64,000 bases of DNA from Macrostomum lignano. Lineage: Eukaryota. The position numbers and the translations under genes are program-made. This document shows positions 39,866-53,900 of this stretch, in pieces; position 1 is the stretch's first letter; the number at the start of each line of letters is the position of its first letter. The notes beneath the pieces are model-generated. The model saw only the letters and a list, made by a program, of their open reading frames with translations. It did no database searches and was not told where the DNA came from. Location of the stretch: positions 101,160 through 165,159 of the forward strand of contig NIVC01002521.1 of NCBI GenBank assembly GCA_002269645.1. The letters run 5' to 3'.

Positions 39866-39944
39866 CAGCACGATCATCCAGATTTGTGATCTTGGCGTCC
39901 CGATCCAGCACTTTTTCAACGTTAACTCGCATGATGTCGACAAC
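39866..39944 (-). CDS. VAMP: Synaptobrevin/VAMP exon 3 ([26 protein letters not shown])
   Basis: CAG/GT boundaries; R-SNARE motif with the zero-layer Arg in VLDRD. Confidence 0.95.
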
Positions 39945-40034
39945 CTGCAGATTTCAGGTTATTATCAATTGCAAAAACAGCTCTAGCTGGCAATTTAACA
40001 CTCCTAGATCCTATTTTTTAAAACAAAAACTCAC

Positions 40035-40134
40035 CTCATCAACTTGAGCCTGAGTCTGCTGCAGGCGCCTATTTGGCTGGTAGTTTGACTTCGGGGCACC
40101 AGCATCTCCTTCTCCAGCTGCTCCGGGAGCAGAT
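40035..40134 (-). CDS. VAMP: Synaptobrevin/VAMP exon 2 (SAPGAAG...RRLQQTQAQVDE)
   Basis: TAG acceptor, GTGAGT donor and the canonical RRLQQTQAQVDE motif. Confidence 0.93.
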
Positions 40135-41118
40135 CTAAATAAAATTATAAAAGCTTATATATCAGAATACAATATTAATTAATACACTAACAGTAAGAAC
40201 ACTACCCCCAACCGAAACCCCCAACCCAAAGAGCAATGCAAGCTAAAAAATCTAAGAAGAGGTAAAAATTCTAGTAACAGACTTAGAATAAGATTATTTC
40301 TATTTTAAACTGTTGAGATATAGAAAAAAACTGCACTTGCTTGCTTACTAAAACAACTACAATGGCAGATTTTATCATAGACAAAATGTGAGAATCTCAG
40401 CCACACACCGATATTTTCATATGCATCCACAGTCCACACTCTTTAAAGCACTTTTGGAAGCCTTTTTGGCAACATGCTTTCAGTGAGCTAGTGGTTAACA
40501 AATGGTATGCTTGCTTCAGGGATTGGCAAATGAAGCTGCTAGAATGCTGGCAACGCCTGATTGCTGCCAAAGATGCTACTTTGAAGGACTGTAGAGTTCT
40601 GTAGCTTATCCAGATATTATTTGCTAATAATTATTTGTTAATGCCTAATGGACTTTTGGGATGCCTTATAGTAATGACTTGAAGCTTTAAAAAGAAGCCA
40701 TAGACTTGCCTACAATTTATGCTATTATTTATTACAAGAGACATGGAGCAACATTGTCACAGCTGGCAAGAGGCATTACTGCCCATTCCACTGGCTCCCC
40801 TGAGCAGCACACAAATACACAGATACATATGCAGTCATATGCACAGGCACCCATACACACAGCAGTGTACAGCGGCCCTGACTTTATTAATCGTTAGGCA
40901 TGTACACTTCACTGTGCCTTGGTGATTGGCCATCAAAGGAATCAATTACACAAGGTGACAAGCAGACACAAGCAGAGATTAAAATTTAGCCCCAAATTAA
41001 TGTGGTTGCACTTGGAATCAAGCCTGGGACGCTGGCACACCAGAGAATCAAGCAACACTACTAGGTTTCACGCTATGTCCATAGAAAGAAAGAACATCAA
41101 GTAATGCAGATTACTCAC

Positions 41119-41165
41119 GGCGGACCACCTGGACCTTCACTGCCTGGCTGATTTGGGGCAGACAT
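41119..41165 (-). CDS. VAMP: Synaptobrevin/VAMP coding exon 1 (MSAPNQPGSEGPGGP)
   Basis: ATG at 41165 and a GTGAGT donor in phase 2, matching the next exon. Confidence 0.75.
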
Positions 41166-42824
41166 ATTGTACATGCATTCAAATTATTGGAAACAATAAT
41201 TAGACAAAAACAAATAAATGTTTCGAGTTGAAATTGCATAATAAAATATTAAAAAAACTATAAGTTATTACAAAAATTTAAGTTCAAAGTGTGCTAAACT
41301 TCTTCATTTGGCTTGCATCAATATTTTGCTAATCAACAATCAGGTAAATGCTGCAAACTGTTAAAAATATATTCAACATTTTAACTTATTATAGTACAAT
41401 CATTAGAAGCAAACTTGCATCTATAATTTTTTATCAAAATTTTGTAGTCCATGCACTTTTGTAACAATTTGAATATACCCTCTTGGTTAATGTCTGTTTT
41501 TCAAGATATGAGAACAAAAAGATATAACTAGAATAGAAATTATTGTTATTTAATTCTATGTAAAAAAGCAAAGACAAAGCATACATGTGCAAAACTTGGC
41601 CAACCTGGCCAATCCAGCTGGCTGGCAATGGGCCTAGCCAAGGTAAGTTGCAAAATGCTAACCTGAGAAGACTAATTAGCATGAAAGATAAAAGGTTTAA
41701 TGGATAAAATATCACTAATTAGATGATCAGGCATTTATCCTTAATTAGATAGTCAAGTTACTCCTGCTGTTTACCCAAAATTGCATCAATTTTTTCCTTA
41801 GGGCTTTTTTTATAGGTAAGTCAAACTTTTGTTCAAAAAGTAAGTTGCATGGCTAGTATAAATTATGGGTATTATGCAGGTATGAGACTAAAGCTAGATT
41901 ATAAAGTTGCTAATACTTTAGCTTTTATAGGGATATATGTAATGTAATATGGTGATTATTTAATCTAATATTAGCCAATAACAAACTACTTGAGCTTGAC
42001 TTGATTGCTCAAAATTTGTTTCAACTCGTGCTTGGCTTGAAAAAATCTAAACTTGTTAGGACTCTAATATAGACTCATACTTTGGAAGGTTACTACTTGT
42101 AGTATGGCAGAATATTTATGGCATAATAGTAGATAGTTTTACTGCTTTTGTGTACCACTTTGGCATACCACTTTGAGCTCAAGTAAATTTTTGGTGCACA
42201 AATTACAGTCACCAAAACTCCTAAACTTTGACAAAAACAAAATTACACATTGAAGTAACTTTTTTAAAATTACACATGCTATAAAAGTTTCTAAAAAATT
42301 CCATTTTGCTTACAATACTAGCAGTACTTTTTTAAATTAAAATATAAACTTTAAAAAAATTGTTTTTTAATTAAAAAGCTGTTAGTTATGTTTTTACTTT
42401 CTGAAAGATGTTATAGGAAAGTTTTTGTTTAAAACATTTTTTTAGAAAATAAAAAAATAAAAAATATGGTTAAATTTTTTTGCAATATAAAAGTGGCATA
42501 AATTTGGTGACAAATGTCAATATTATTATATAGTAAAATAATCTAAGAATTTTAAGGCTTTACCTAGGCCTATTCTACTGGGTTTTTTGCTAATGCTAAG
42601 ATGCAAAAATGCATTTAAAGTCCAATTTTAGAAGTGCTAAAAATTTTGCAAAAGACCAGTTTGGCAATAGCCATTTTGGTAGAAAATACTTTGCTAACTG
42701 GTTTGTAACCATATTGGATGACAATAAGATAACAAGACATTTTTTAAAAGTGCCAAGTTATTGCCGCTGTTTACCTATTACTTTTTGCTTATATTCAGAT
42801 ATTTGGATTTTTAGTGAGCAATGC

Positions 42825-43165
42825 TATGTCTATTTTCTTTTTCTCTCCCTTTGTTCTGTACTTAGAACACTGTGAGCAGTGCCATGTCTATTCTCTCTCT
42901 CTCTCTCTCTTTCTCTTTGTTCTGTACTTAGAACACTATGAGCAATGCCATGTCTATTTTCTCTTTCACAATGCCATGTCTATTCTCTCTCTCTCTCTCT
43001 CTTTCTCTTTGTTCTGTACTTAGAACACTATGAGCAATGCCATGTCTATTTTCTCTTTCACAATGCCATGTCTATTTTCTCTTTCTTTCTCTCTCTTTCT
43101 CTTTGTTCTGTACTTAGAACATTGTAAGCAGTGCCATGTCTATTTTCTTTTTCCCCTCCCTTAGT
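42825..43165. repeat. Compound tandem repeat, 4 copies of 66-94 bp with embedded (CT)n
   Basis: TTGTTCTGTACTTAGAACA recurs at 42851, 42917, 43009 and 43103. Confidence 0.85.
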
Positions 43166-43738
43166 TCTATGCTTATGCTTTTTAAAAATTCTACTAGACT
43201 GTTTTGACTTGCTTTTGGACCATAACATATAGTTTGTTTTTCTTAAATATAATGATATAATAAATTAGGTTGTTTTGAATAGGCCCTGACAAATGTGTTA
43301 GATAAGCTACACTTCTACAGTTCTACTTGGATTGAATAGTTTTATACAGCCTTCAGATATGCCTTACAATAGCTATGGCTAAGCTGTTGATTGCACATCA
43401 GGTCCAAATAGGGCAAGTTTAATCAGTTATTTTATTAATATAATATAAAGGCATTTTTAGTCGTACAATATATGCTTAGGTGCAACCTAGGAATTTATCT
43501 AGCCATTTCTATTGGTAACACATACATGTAAGTCACTGTTAAACAAAATAGTAGTCATGTCACTACTTTCAGCCAATAGTAATTTATATGTATGTGTTGC
43601 CAATAAAAATGGCTGGGTGATTCCCCCCAAGGTTCCAAATGTATGTTATGATACCAATATTTTGCATCATTTATACCTAATAGAAAATAATAAGAACTGA
43701 AAGAGATGTAGCCATGATTACAAAATCCTATAATTAAA

Positions 43739-44830
43739 GCTTACTAGAGCATAATCCTTATATTCACTTTTATTATATTCCATATACTAAAAATTATGAT
43801 ATCTTTTAAATAGAAAAATTATTAACAATGCATTGTAAAATAAAAATGAGAAGGGAGAATATAAGAGTGAAAATGAAAATGAGGAAGAATAATATAAGAA
43901 TCAGATATAGGTTTTTAATTTGTAGGTCTTTCATTTCTTTGCCACACCTGTTTATTTTTATTTTATAATATATTATTATTAACAAATTGTCCATTTAGGA
44001 TATTATATAATGAAAGTTAATATAGGCCTAAGGATTATGCTTTAGAGTCTAGTAAGCTTGCCAATTATGGTGAGCTTGCATGCATGGTAGCCATCCCACC
44101 TAGTGTTTTAATTGCATGCATGGCAATAGGGCTTAGGGAGTTGGCCCTTGTATAAATCTAATCTGCACATTGCTACTAACTAAACCTAATTAAAATTATT
44201 ATTACTATGGCAGTTGTTATTTGTCTGGTGACCAGACGAATAGCCTTTTTGCTATTTGTCCGGTTAAATTGCTAACACAAATATCTTATTGTTTCGTGAT
44301 GAATATTCTAGACTTTTAAGACCTTTTCTTATATATTGATTAATATTTCTTGTATTACTTGAGTGTAAGCAAAGCAGTATATTCAATTCGGCATAATTTG
44401 GTATATAAAAACACACACTAGTATAACAATATAATAATCAAGACACAAGTAAGAAGTCTTTTAAGTCTAGGAATATTTACCGTTGTGGTTTTTATAAACT
44501 AGATATTTTAGCATTATCAATTTAACCAGACAAATAACAAAATGTCTATTTGTCCAGTATTAACCGGATGAATAGGAAAGCATGGTCAGGATCTAGTAAC
44601 TGGACAAATAACCACATCGCTATTCGTCCGGTCACCAAACAAATAACAACTGCCTATTACTATATTGTTTTGTTTTATCCATGTACAATTATATATACCT
44701 AATAAAATCTCAATTCATTGCTATTTTTATTAATTTAAATGTTAATTCAAATAGTATATGACTTAGTGACTAAGATATGGCTGCCATGCAGGCAATTAAA
44801 ACACTGGGTGGATGGCTGCCATGCATATAA
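43739..44830. mobile_element. Cluster of degenerate foldback/MITE-like inverted repeats
   Basis: Inverted pairs at 43739-43775/44010-44057, ~44077-44127/~44780-44828 and ~44203-44370/~44410-44660. Confidence 0.55.
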
Positions 44831-47447
44831 GCTCTTTGTTGCAATTAAGATTTTTGCCATTTTCTTATCTGTTTCAACTCTTACTATTTTCCATTGGGTA
44901 TAATATAATGAAATTGACACAAATAATCAATTGGGCTGTGGGTATCATGAGATGAAAAAATGCCAATATAAAATCATAGGCCTCTTTGGCTAGAAGGTCT
45001 AATTTCAAGATGAATTTTGATAGTCAAATGTGATAGTATCCCTACTGCACACAAATAAACTAAGCTAGTCTAGTCCATAGACTAAAACAATTTGTAAACT
45101 AAACAATAATTAGGCTACCAAAATCAAGGGCTTTTTAAACTTTATAGGGCCTAAGCGGCCTAAGCCCTATTCTAAACTCAAGTCTCATGCATCCTGTATG
45201 TAGCATGCAAGGCAATAAAAATCTAGGATATTATATAATAATTTTTTCATGATCTACTTTTTGACTTTGAAGGTATACCTCATGACATTAAAATGAAACA
45301 AACTAGGGCTTATGGCTATACAAAATATTGTTGGTTAAGGCAAGACTCAAGAGCAATCAAATTGAAAGATTTAGGTAGGCCTAATAAAATAATTTAAATC
45401 ATGTCTAAATCACATTGCATCATTTAGATAATATAATTTCAGGCCAATTGAAATCGTGCAAACATGCTCCTGCAGATACACTTGTCTTATTTTGTTTTTA
45501 GCCAATGCCAATGCCAATGCAATGTCAATGAAGGTATCAGCTAAAAACTGAATATAAAATAATGACTGAAAACGAAAATATTGAATAAAAACTTTTAAAT
45601 TGATAATAAGCAGAAAAGCAATAGAGAAAATTATAGTGGTAATGCACTGAGAAAATAATTGCAGAGTTGTATCAACGTTTGCAGTACTACAACAACTACA
45701 AAAAACAAATCGCGGCGAACAAATATTTTTCGTTTCAAACAGACAGCACTTATTGTCCAAATTGACTGTATGTATTAAACCAAAATAAACGCACAAAATT
45801 ATTTAAACTTGTGAACTTCGTAAATATAATCAAGGCGTAATCTTTACTGTATATAACATATTGTAAAATCTTGAACAGAATTTTATTTAGACGTAGTATA
45901 GGTCCTAGAAAATCTTGTCGTGAACTCGCATGCAGCAGATTAGAAAAGGTTTCTTGTGTGGCTTCCGGAGACAGGGATAGTCACTGCTAAATCTGAAGAG
46001 AATTGCATGATCGCGCTAGAAGAAAAAACGGACTTTTAGAGAACTGGCTTCAAGGATTTAGATCGACCAGGGTCCAGCTTTTTGGTTTCAACTAAACATT
46101 TTTTTATTTACTGCTGCAATTGAGAGTTTGTCTACTGATATATTTCCGCCTTATTCCGCCATGTAGCGAAAAGTGTGTTGTGCCCGGTCGCACTTGCACC
46201 GATGAGCAATCTCTGGCTCTCGGTCAAAGTGTGCCCGGCTCTGCACTCCCACCGCCCCCGGCCGCGTGCCTGCGCCAACCCCCCCCCCCATTCTGTCTGC
46301 GACAACCCCTTCCAGTTGCACCCACCCCACTGCCTGTTAGGCCAGCCGGCTTTGGCTGGCTGCGGCTCCAGTGCGCCCCCTCGCTCACCCTGCGATTAGC
46401 TGGTGGTCCAGCAGCCAATCGGTTTGTTTCCTCTCCCCAATCGCGACCCCGACAATTGTAACTCTTTCTTTGTTGGATAAAACGATCGTAATTTTAGCTA
46501 GCTGGGCCTGGGGTAGCGATACCCCAGGGCTTAACCAGCTAGCACAAATATAAATATATGTAGGAGCGGCAGTAGGGGAGGCATCTCTCTCTCTTTCCTT
46601 GGAATTGTGTAAGTCACAGCCATAGGTCTAATACTGCAATCCAGATACCTGTCTATTCTATAGACTGAACAGAGAACGTTGAGAGAAGCCACCCCTGCTA
46701 CCGCCACCGCTGTTACCCGAAGAAACAGAGTGAGTCGCGTGTCTTCCTTATTTGAGGGACTGGCGGGAATTAATCTGTGCATTAGGGACAGGCTGATTAA
46801 GTCTCCTGACGTGATCCCCCGCTCAGGGTCCGAAGTCAGTCCGGCCAGTTGACTGACGCCATCTTCAGCTCGTTCACTGTGATAGTCAGGGTAGTGATCC
46901 GGCCTATAGCACAACAAGTGCAATCAGCCGGCTTGACCTGTCATGCAGCCGCTGATAAAGAAGCAAATCTAGGTACAAATTAGGAGCGCTCCCTGAACAT
47001 ATGCAGCTGCAAACATATGCATATCACGAACATATGCAGCTGCATGCCATCAGGGTGCGTGTTACGTCGCGACATCGCAGCAATTACACTGCAAATCATG
47101 CATTGCCCGAAGGTTCTGAAGAAGGGTTGGGGATGACTGTAGCCCCAGTTCACAATACTTATTATAAGTAAATTTAAGTAAAACTGCATCGACTGATATA
47201 GCTGCATATCATTTTAATTTAGATTGTAATTCGCCATTCGATCATACATGTACACGCATAAAATAATTATACATTGACGTACGCAGATGCAGCTGAAATT
47301 AAGAGTATACATATAGAATTTACCGGTCGACAAAAATTGTCTATGTAAAAAGACCCGAACTCTGATTTGTCTTTCTCTCGCCGTTCATCGAAATTTCAAA
47401 TTTGCAATTCAATTTTTTTTATAAATATTAAAGTTAATTAATTATAG

Positions 47448-47716
47448 ACAAATTCGCTTACAAAAATTGAGAATAGGAATGCCAAAGTACCTGACCATAT
47501 TAAGCTCGGACGATCAGGACACGCTGAACCAGCCCAGCTGCTTCAAGCTGGTGCTGTTCTACGCCAAGATTGACAACAATCTGCTGCTGAAGCGCACAGT
47601 GCCGCAGCTGCAGTACATCGCGGCCAGATATGTGGTGCGTTATCCGCACGTCAAGTTCTACATGATCAACAGGCAGATTAACGACAAACCTGTGATGGAG
47701 CTGTCAACCCACGTTT
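47448..47716 (+). CDS. Candidate coding exon, thioredoxin-fold-like domain lacking CXXC
   Basis: GC-rich codon usage like the other host exons. KLVLFYAK...LQYIAARY....VKFYMIN resembles the Trx beta-alpha-beta pattern. TAG acceptor candidates at 47447 or 47476; GTGAGT donor at 47717. The other exons were not resolved. Confidence 0.45.
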
Positions 47717-47780
47717 GTGAGTTTGGACACCAATTTGTGACAATATTGAGCGAGGTCTCTTTAACTGCAACTCCATCAAA

Positions 47781-47920
47781 AGAGACAGAGGTGTCCACCA
47801 GGAGACAGGGGCGACCACCAAGAGACAAGGGCGACCACCAAAAGACAGGGGTGCCCACCAAGAGACAGAGGTGTCCACCAGGAGACAAGGGCGACCACCA
47901 AAAGACAGAGGTGCCCACCA
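47781..47920 (+). repeat. Seven 20-bp proto-units at the left edge of the satellite
   Basis: Exact 20-bp period from 47781 to 47901, with A-type (..GACAGAGGTG(T/C)CCACCA) and B-type (..GACA(G/A)GGGCGACCACCA) units. Confidence 0.9.
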
Positions 47921-50900
47921 ACACACCAAAAGACAGAGGTGCCCACCAACACACCAAAAGACAGAGGTGCCCACCAACACACCAAAAGACAGAGGTGCCC
48001 ATCAACACACCAAAAGACAGAGGTGCCCACCAACACACCAAAAGACAGAGGTGCCCATCAACACACCAAAAGACAGAGGTGCCCACCAACACACCAAAAG
48101 ACAGAGGTGCCCACCAACACACCAAAAGACAGAGGTGCCCACCAACACACCAAAAGACAGAGGTGCCCATCAACACACCAAAAGACAGAGGTGCCCACCA
48201 ACACACCAAAAGACAGCGGTGCCCATCAACACACCAAAAGACAGAGGTGCCCACCAACACACCAAAAGACAGAGGTGCCCATCAACACACCAAAAGACAG
48301 AGGTGCCCACCAACACACCAAAAGACAGAGGTGCCCACCAACACACCAAAAGACAGAGGTGCCCACCAACACACCAAAAGACAGAGGTGCCCACCAACAC
48401 ACCAAAAGACAGAGGTGCCCATCAACACACCAAAAGACAGAGGTGCCCACCAACACACCAAAAGACAGAGGTGCCCATCAACACACCAAAAGACAGAGGT
48501 GCCCACCAACACACCAAAAGACAGAGGTGCCCACCAACACACCAAAAGACAGAGGTGCCCACCAACACACCAAAAGACAGAGGTGCCCATCAACACACCA
48601 AAAGACAGAGGTGCCCATCAACACACCAAAAGACAGAGGTGCCCACCAACAGACGGGGCGACCACCAAAAGACAGAGGTGCCCACCAACACACCAAAAGA
48701 CAGAGGTGCCCACCAACACACCAAAAGACAGAGGTGCCCATCAACACACCAAAAGACAGAGGTGCCCATCAACACACCAAAAGACAGAGGTGCCCACCAA
48801 CACACCAAAAGACAGAGGTGCCCACCAACACACCAAAAGACAGAGGTGCCCACCAACAGACGGGGCGACCACCAAAAGACAGAGGTGCCCACCAACACAC
48901 CAAAAGACAGAGGTGCCCATCAACACACCAAAAGACAGAGGTGCCCATCAACACACCAAAAGACAGAGGTGCCCACCAACACACCAAAAGACAGAGGTGC
49001 CCACCAACAGACGGGGCGACCACCAAAAGACAGAGGTGCCCACCAACACACCAAAAGACAGAGGTGCCCACCAACACACCAAAAGACAGAGGTGCCCACC
49101 AACACACCAAAAGACAGAGGTGCCCATCAACACACCAAAAGACAGAGGTGCCCATCAACACACCAAAAGACAGAGGTGCCCACCAACACACCAAAAGACA
49201 GAGGTGCCCATCAACACACCAAAAGACAGAGGTGCCCACCAACACACCAAAAGACAGAGGTGCCCACCAACACACCAAAAGACAGAGGTGCCCACCAACA
49301 CACCAAAAGACAGAGGTGCCCATCAACACACCAAAAGACAGAGGTGCCCACCAACACACCAAAAGACAGAGGTGCCCACCAACACACCAAAAGACAGAGG
49401 TGCCCACCAACACACCAAAAGACAGAGGTGCCCACCAACAGACGGGGCGACCACCAAAAGACAGAGGTGCCCACCAACACACCAAAAGACAGAGGTGCCC
49501 ATCAACACACCAAAAGACAGAGGTGCCCACCAACACACCAAAAGACAGAGGTGCCCACCAACACACCAAAAGACAGAGGTGCCCACCAACAGACGGGGCG
49601 ACCACCAAAAGACAGAGGTGCCCACCAACACACCAAAAGACAGAGGTGCCCATCAACACACCAAAAGACAGAGGTGCCCACCAACACACCAAAAGACAGA
49701 GGTGCCCACCAACACACCAAAAGACAGAGGTGCCCACCAACACACCAAAAGACAGAGGTGCCCATCAACACACCAAAAGACAGAGGTGCCCACCAACACA
49801 CCAAAAGACAGAGGTGCCCATCAACACACCAAAAGACAGAGGTGCCCACCAACAGACGGGGCGACCACCAAAAGACAGAGGTGCCCACCAACACACCAAA
49901 AGACAGAGGTGCCCACCAACACACCAAAAGACAGAGGTGCCCACCAACACACCAAAAGACAGAGGTGCCCACCAACACACCAAAAGACAGAGGTGCCCAC
50001 CAACACACCAAAAGACAGAGGTGCCCACCAACACACCAAAAGACAGAGGTGCCCATCAACACACCAAAAGACAGAGGTGCCCACCAACACACCAAAAGAC
50101 AGAGGTGCCCATCAACACACCAAAAGACAGAGGTGCCCACCAACAGACGGGGCGACCACCAAAAGACAGAGGTGCCCACCAACACACCAAAAGACAGAGG
50201 TGCCCACCAACACACCAAAAGACAGAGGTGCCCATCAACACACCAAAAGACAGGGACGCCCACCAACACACCAAAAGACAGGGACGCCCACCAACACACC
50301 AAAAGACAGAGGTGCCCACCAACACACCAAAAGACAGAGGTGCCCACCAACACACCAAAAGACAGAGGTGCCCACCAACACACCAAAAGACAGGGCCCAC
50401 CAACACACCAAAAGACAGAGGTGCCCATCAACACACCAAAAGACAGAGGTGCCCACAACACACCAAAAGACAGAGGTGCCCACCAACACACCAAAAGACA
50501 GAGGTGCCCACCAACACACCAAAAGACAGAGGTGCCCACCAACACACCAAAAGACAGAGGTGCCCATCAACACACCAAAAGACAGAGGTGCCCACCAACA
50601 CACCAAAAGACAGAGGTGCCCACCAACACACCAAAAGACAGAGGTGCCCACCAACACACCAAAAGACAGAGGTGCCCATCAACACACCAAAAGACAGAGG
50701 TGCCCACCAACACACCAAAAGACAGAGGTGCCCACCAACACACCAAAAGACAGAGGTGCCCACCAACACACCAAAAGACAGAGGTGCCCATCAACACACC
50801 AAAAGACAGAGGTGCCCACCAACACACCAAAAGACAGAGGTGCCCATCAACACACCAAAAGACAGAGGTGCCCACCAACACACCAAAAGACAGAGGTGCC

Positions 50901-53900
50901 CATCAACACACCAAAAGACAGAGGTGCCCACCAACACACCAAAAGACAGAGGTGCCCACCAACACACCAAAAGACAGAGGTGCCCACCAACACACCAAAA
51001 GACAGAGGTGCCCACCAACACACCAAAAGACAGAGGTGCCCATCAACACACCAAAAGACAGAGGTGCCCACCAACACACCAAAAGACAGAGGTGCCCACC
51101 AACACACCAAAAGACAGAGGTGCCCACCAACACACCAAAAGACAGAGGTGCCCACCAACACACCAAAAGACAGAGGTGCCCATCAACACACCAAAAGACA
51201 GAGGTGCCCACCAACAGACACCACCAAAAGACAGAGGTGCCCACCAACACACCAAAAGACAGAGGTGCCCATCAACACACCAAAAGACAGAGGTGCCCAC
51301 CAACACACCAAAAGACAGAGGTGCCCACCAACACACCAAAAGACAGAGGTGCCCACAGACACACCAAAAGACAGAGGTGCCCACCAACACACCAAAAGAC
51401 AGAGGTGCCCATCAACACACCAAAAGACAGAGGTGCCCACCAACAGACACCACCAAAAGACAGAGGTGCCCACCAACACACCAAAAGACAGAGGTGCCCA
51501 TCAACACACCAAAAGACAGAGGTGCCCACCAACACACCAAAAGACAGAGGTGCCCACCAACACACCAAAAGACAGAGGTGCCCACCAACACACCAAAAGA
51601 CAGAGGTGCCCACCAACACACCAAAAGACAGAGGTGCCCATCAACACACCAAAAGACAGGGTGCCCACCAACACACCAAAAGACAGGGTGCCCACCAACA
51701 CACCAAAAGACAGAGGTGCCCACCAACACACCAAAAGACAGAGGTGCCCACCAACACACCAAAAGACAGAGGTGCCCACCAACACACCAAAAGACAGAGG
51801 TGCCCACCAACACACCAAAAGACAGGGTGCCCACCAACACACCAAAAGACAGGGTGCCCACCAACACACCAAAAGACAGAGGTGCCCACCAACACACCAA
51901 AAGACAGAGGTGCCCACCAACAGACACACCAAAAGACAGAGGTGCCCACCAACACACCAAAAGACAGAGGTGCCCATCAACACACCAAAAGACAGAGGTG
52001 CCCACCAACACACCAAAAGACAGAGGTGCCCACCAACACACCAAAAGACAGAGGTGCCCACCAACAGACGGGGCGACCACCAAAAGACAGAGGTGCCCAC
52101 CAACACACCAAAAGACAGAGGTGCCCATCAACACACCAAAAGACAGAGGTGCCCACCAACACACCAAAAGACAGAGGTGCCCACCAACACACCAAAAGAC
52201 AGAGGTGCCCACCAACACACCAAAAGACAGAGGTGCCCATCAACACACCAAAAGACAGAGGTGCCCACCAACACACCAAAAGACAGAGGTGCCCACCAAC
52301 ACACCAAAAGACAGAGGTGCCCACCAACAGACACACCAAAAGACAGAGGTGCCCACCAACACACCAAAAGACAGAGGTGCCCACCAACACACCAAAAGAC
52401 AGAGGTGCCCACCAACACACCAAAAGACAGAGGTGCCCACCAACACACCAAAAGACAGAGGTGCCCACCAACACACCAAAAGACAGAGGTGCCCACCAAC
52501 ACACCAAAAGACAGAGGTGCCCATCAACACACCAAAAGACAGAGGTGCCCACAACACACCACCAAAAGACAGAGGTGCCCACCAACACACCAAAAGACAG
52601 AGGTGCCCACCAACACACCAAAAGACAGAGGTGCCCACCAACACACCAAAAGACAGAGGTGCCCACCAACACACCAAAAGACAGAGGTGCCCACCAACAC
52701 ACCAAAAGACAGAGGTGCCCACCAACACACCAAAAGACAGAGGTGCCCACCAACACACCAAAAGACAGAGGTGCCCACCAACACACCAAAAGACAGAGGT
52801 GCCCATCAACACACCAAAAGACAGAGGTGCCCACCAACACACCAAAAGACAGAGGTGCCCATCAACACACCAAAAGACAGAGGTGCCCACCAACAGACAC
52901 CACCAAAAGACAGAGGTGCCCACCAACACACCAAAAGACAGAGGTGCCCACCAACACACCAAAAGACAGAGGTGCCCACCAACACACCAAAAGACAGAGG
53001 TGCCCACCAACACACCAAAAGACAGAGGTGCCCACCAACACACCAAAAGACAGAGGTGCCCACCAACACACCAAAAGACAGAGGTGCCCATCAACACACC
53101 AAAAGACAGAGGTGCCCACCAACACACCAAAAGACAGAGGTGCCCATCAACACACCAAAAGACAGAGGTGCCCACCAACACACCAAAAGACAGAGGTGCC
53201 CACCAACACACCAAAAGACAGAGGTGCCCACCAACACACCAAAAGACAGAGGTGCCCACCAACACACCAAAAGACAGAGGTGCCCACCAACACACCAAAA
53301 GACAGAGGTGCCCACCAACACACCAAAAGACAGAGGTGCCCACCAACACACCAAAAGACAGAGGTGCCCACCAACACACCAAAAGACAGAGGTGCCCACC
53401 AACACACCAAAAGACAGAGGTGCCCACCAACACACCAAAAGACAGAGGTGCCCACCAACACACCAAAAGACAGAGGTGCCCACCAACACACCAAAAGACA
53501 GAGGTGCCCACCAACAACACACCCAAAAGACAGAGGTGCCCACCAACACACCAAAAGACAGAGGTGCCCATCAACACACCAAAAGACAGAGGTGCCCACC
53601 AACACACCAAAAGACAGAGGTGCCCACCAACACACCAAAAGACAGAGGTGCCCACCAACACACCCAAAAGACAGAGGTGCCCACCAACACACCAAAAGAC
53701 AGAGGTGCCCACCAACACACCAAAAGACAGAGGTGCCCACCAACACACCAAAAGACAGAGGTGCCCACCAACACACCAAAAGACAGAGGTGCCCACCAAC
53801 ACACCAAAAGACAGAGGTGCCCACAACACACCAAAAGACAGAGGTGCCCACCAACACACCAAAAGACAGAGGTGCCCACAACACACCAAAAGACAGAGGT

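Noticed and set aside
39420-39932. ORFs reading [10 protein letters not shown] repeats, and read-through of VAMP exon 3
   Set aside because: Intronic 29-bp minisatellite; the true exon ends at the GT donor at 39865.
45410-45796. 128-aa hydrophobic minus-strand ORF as a GPCR or transporter exon; also a plus-strand exon reading at 45665
   Set aside because: No recognisable motif, TTG start, AT-rich bias. The plus-strand reading hits a stop and could not be joined in phase to the 47448 exon.
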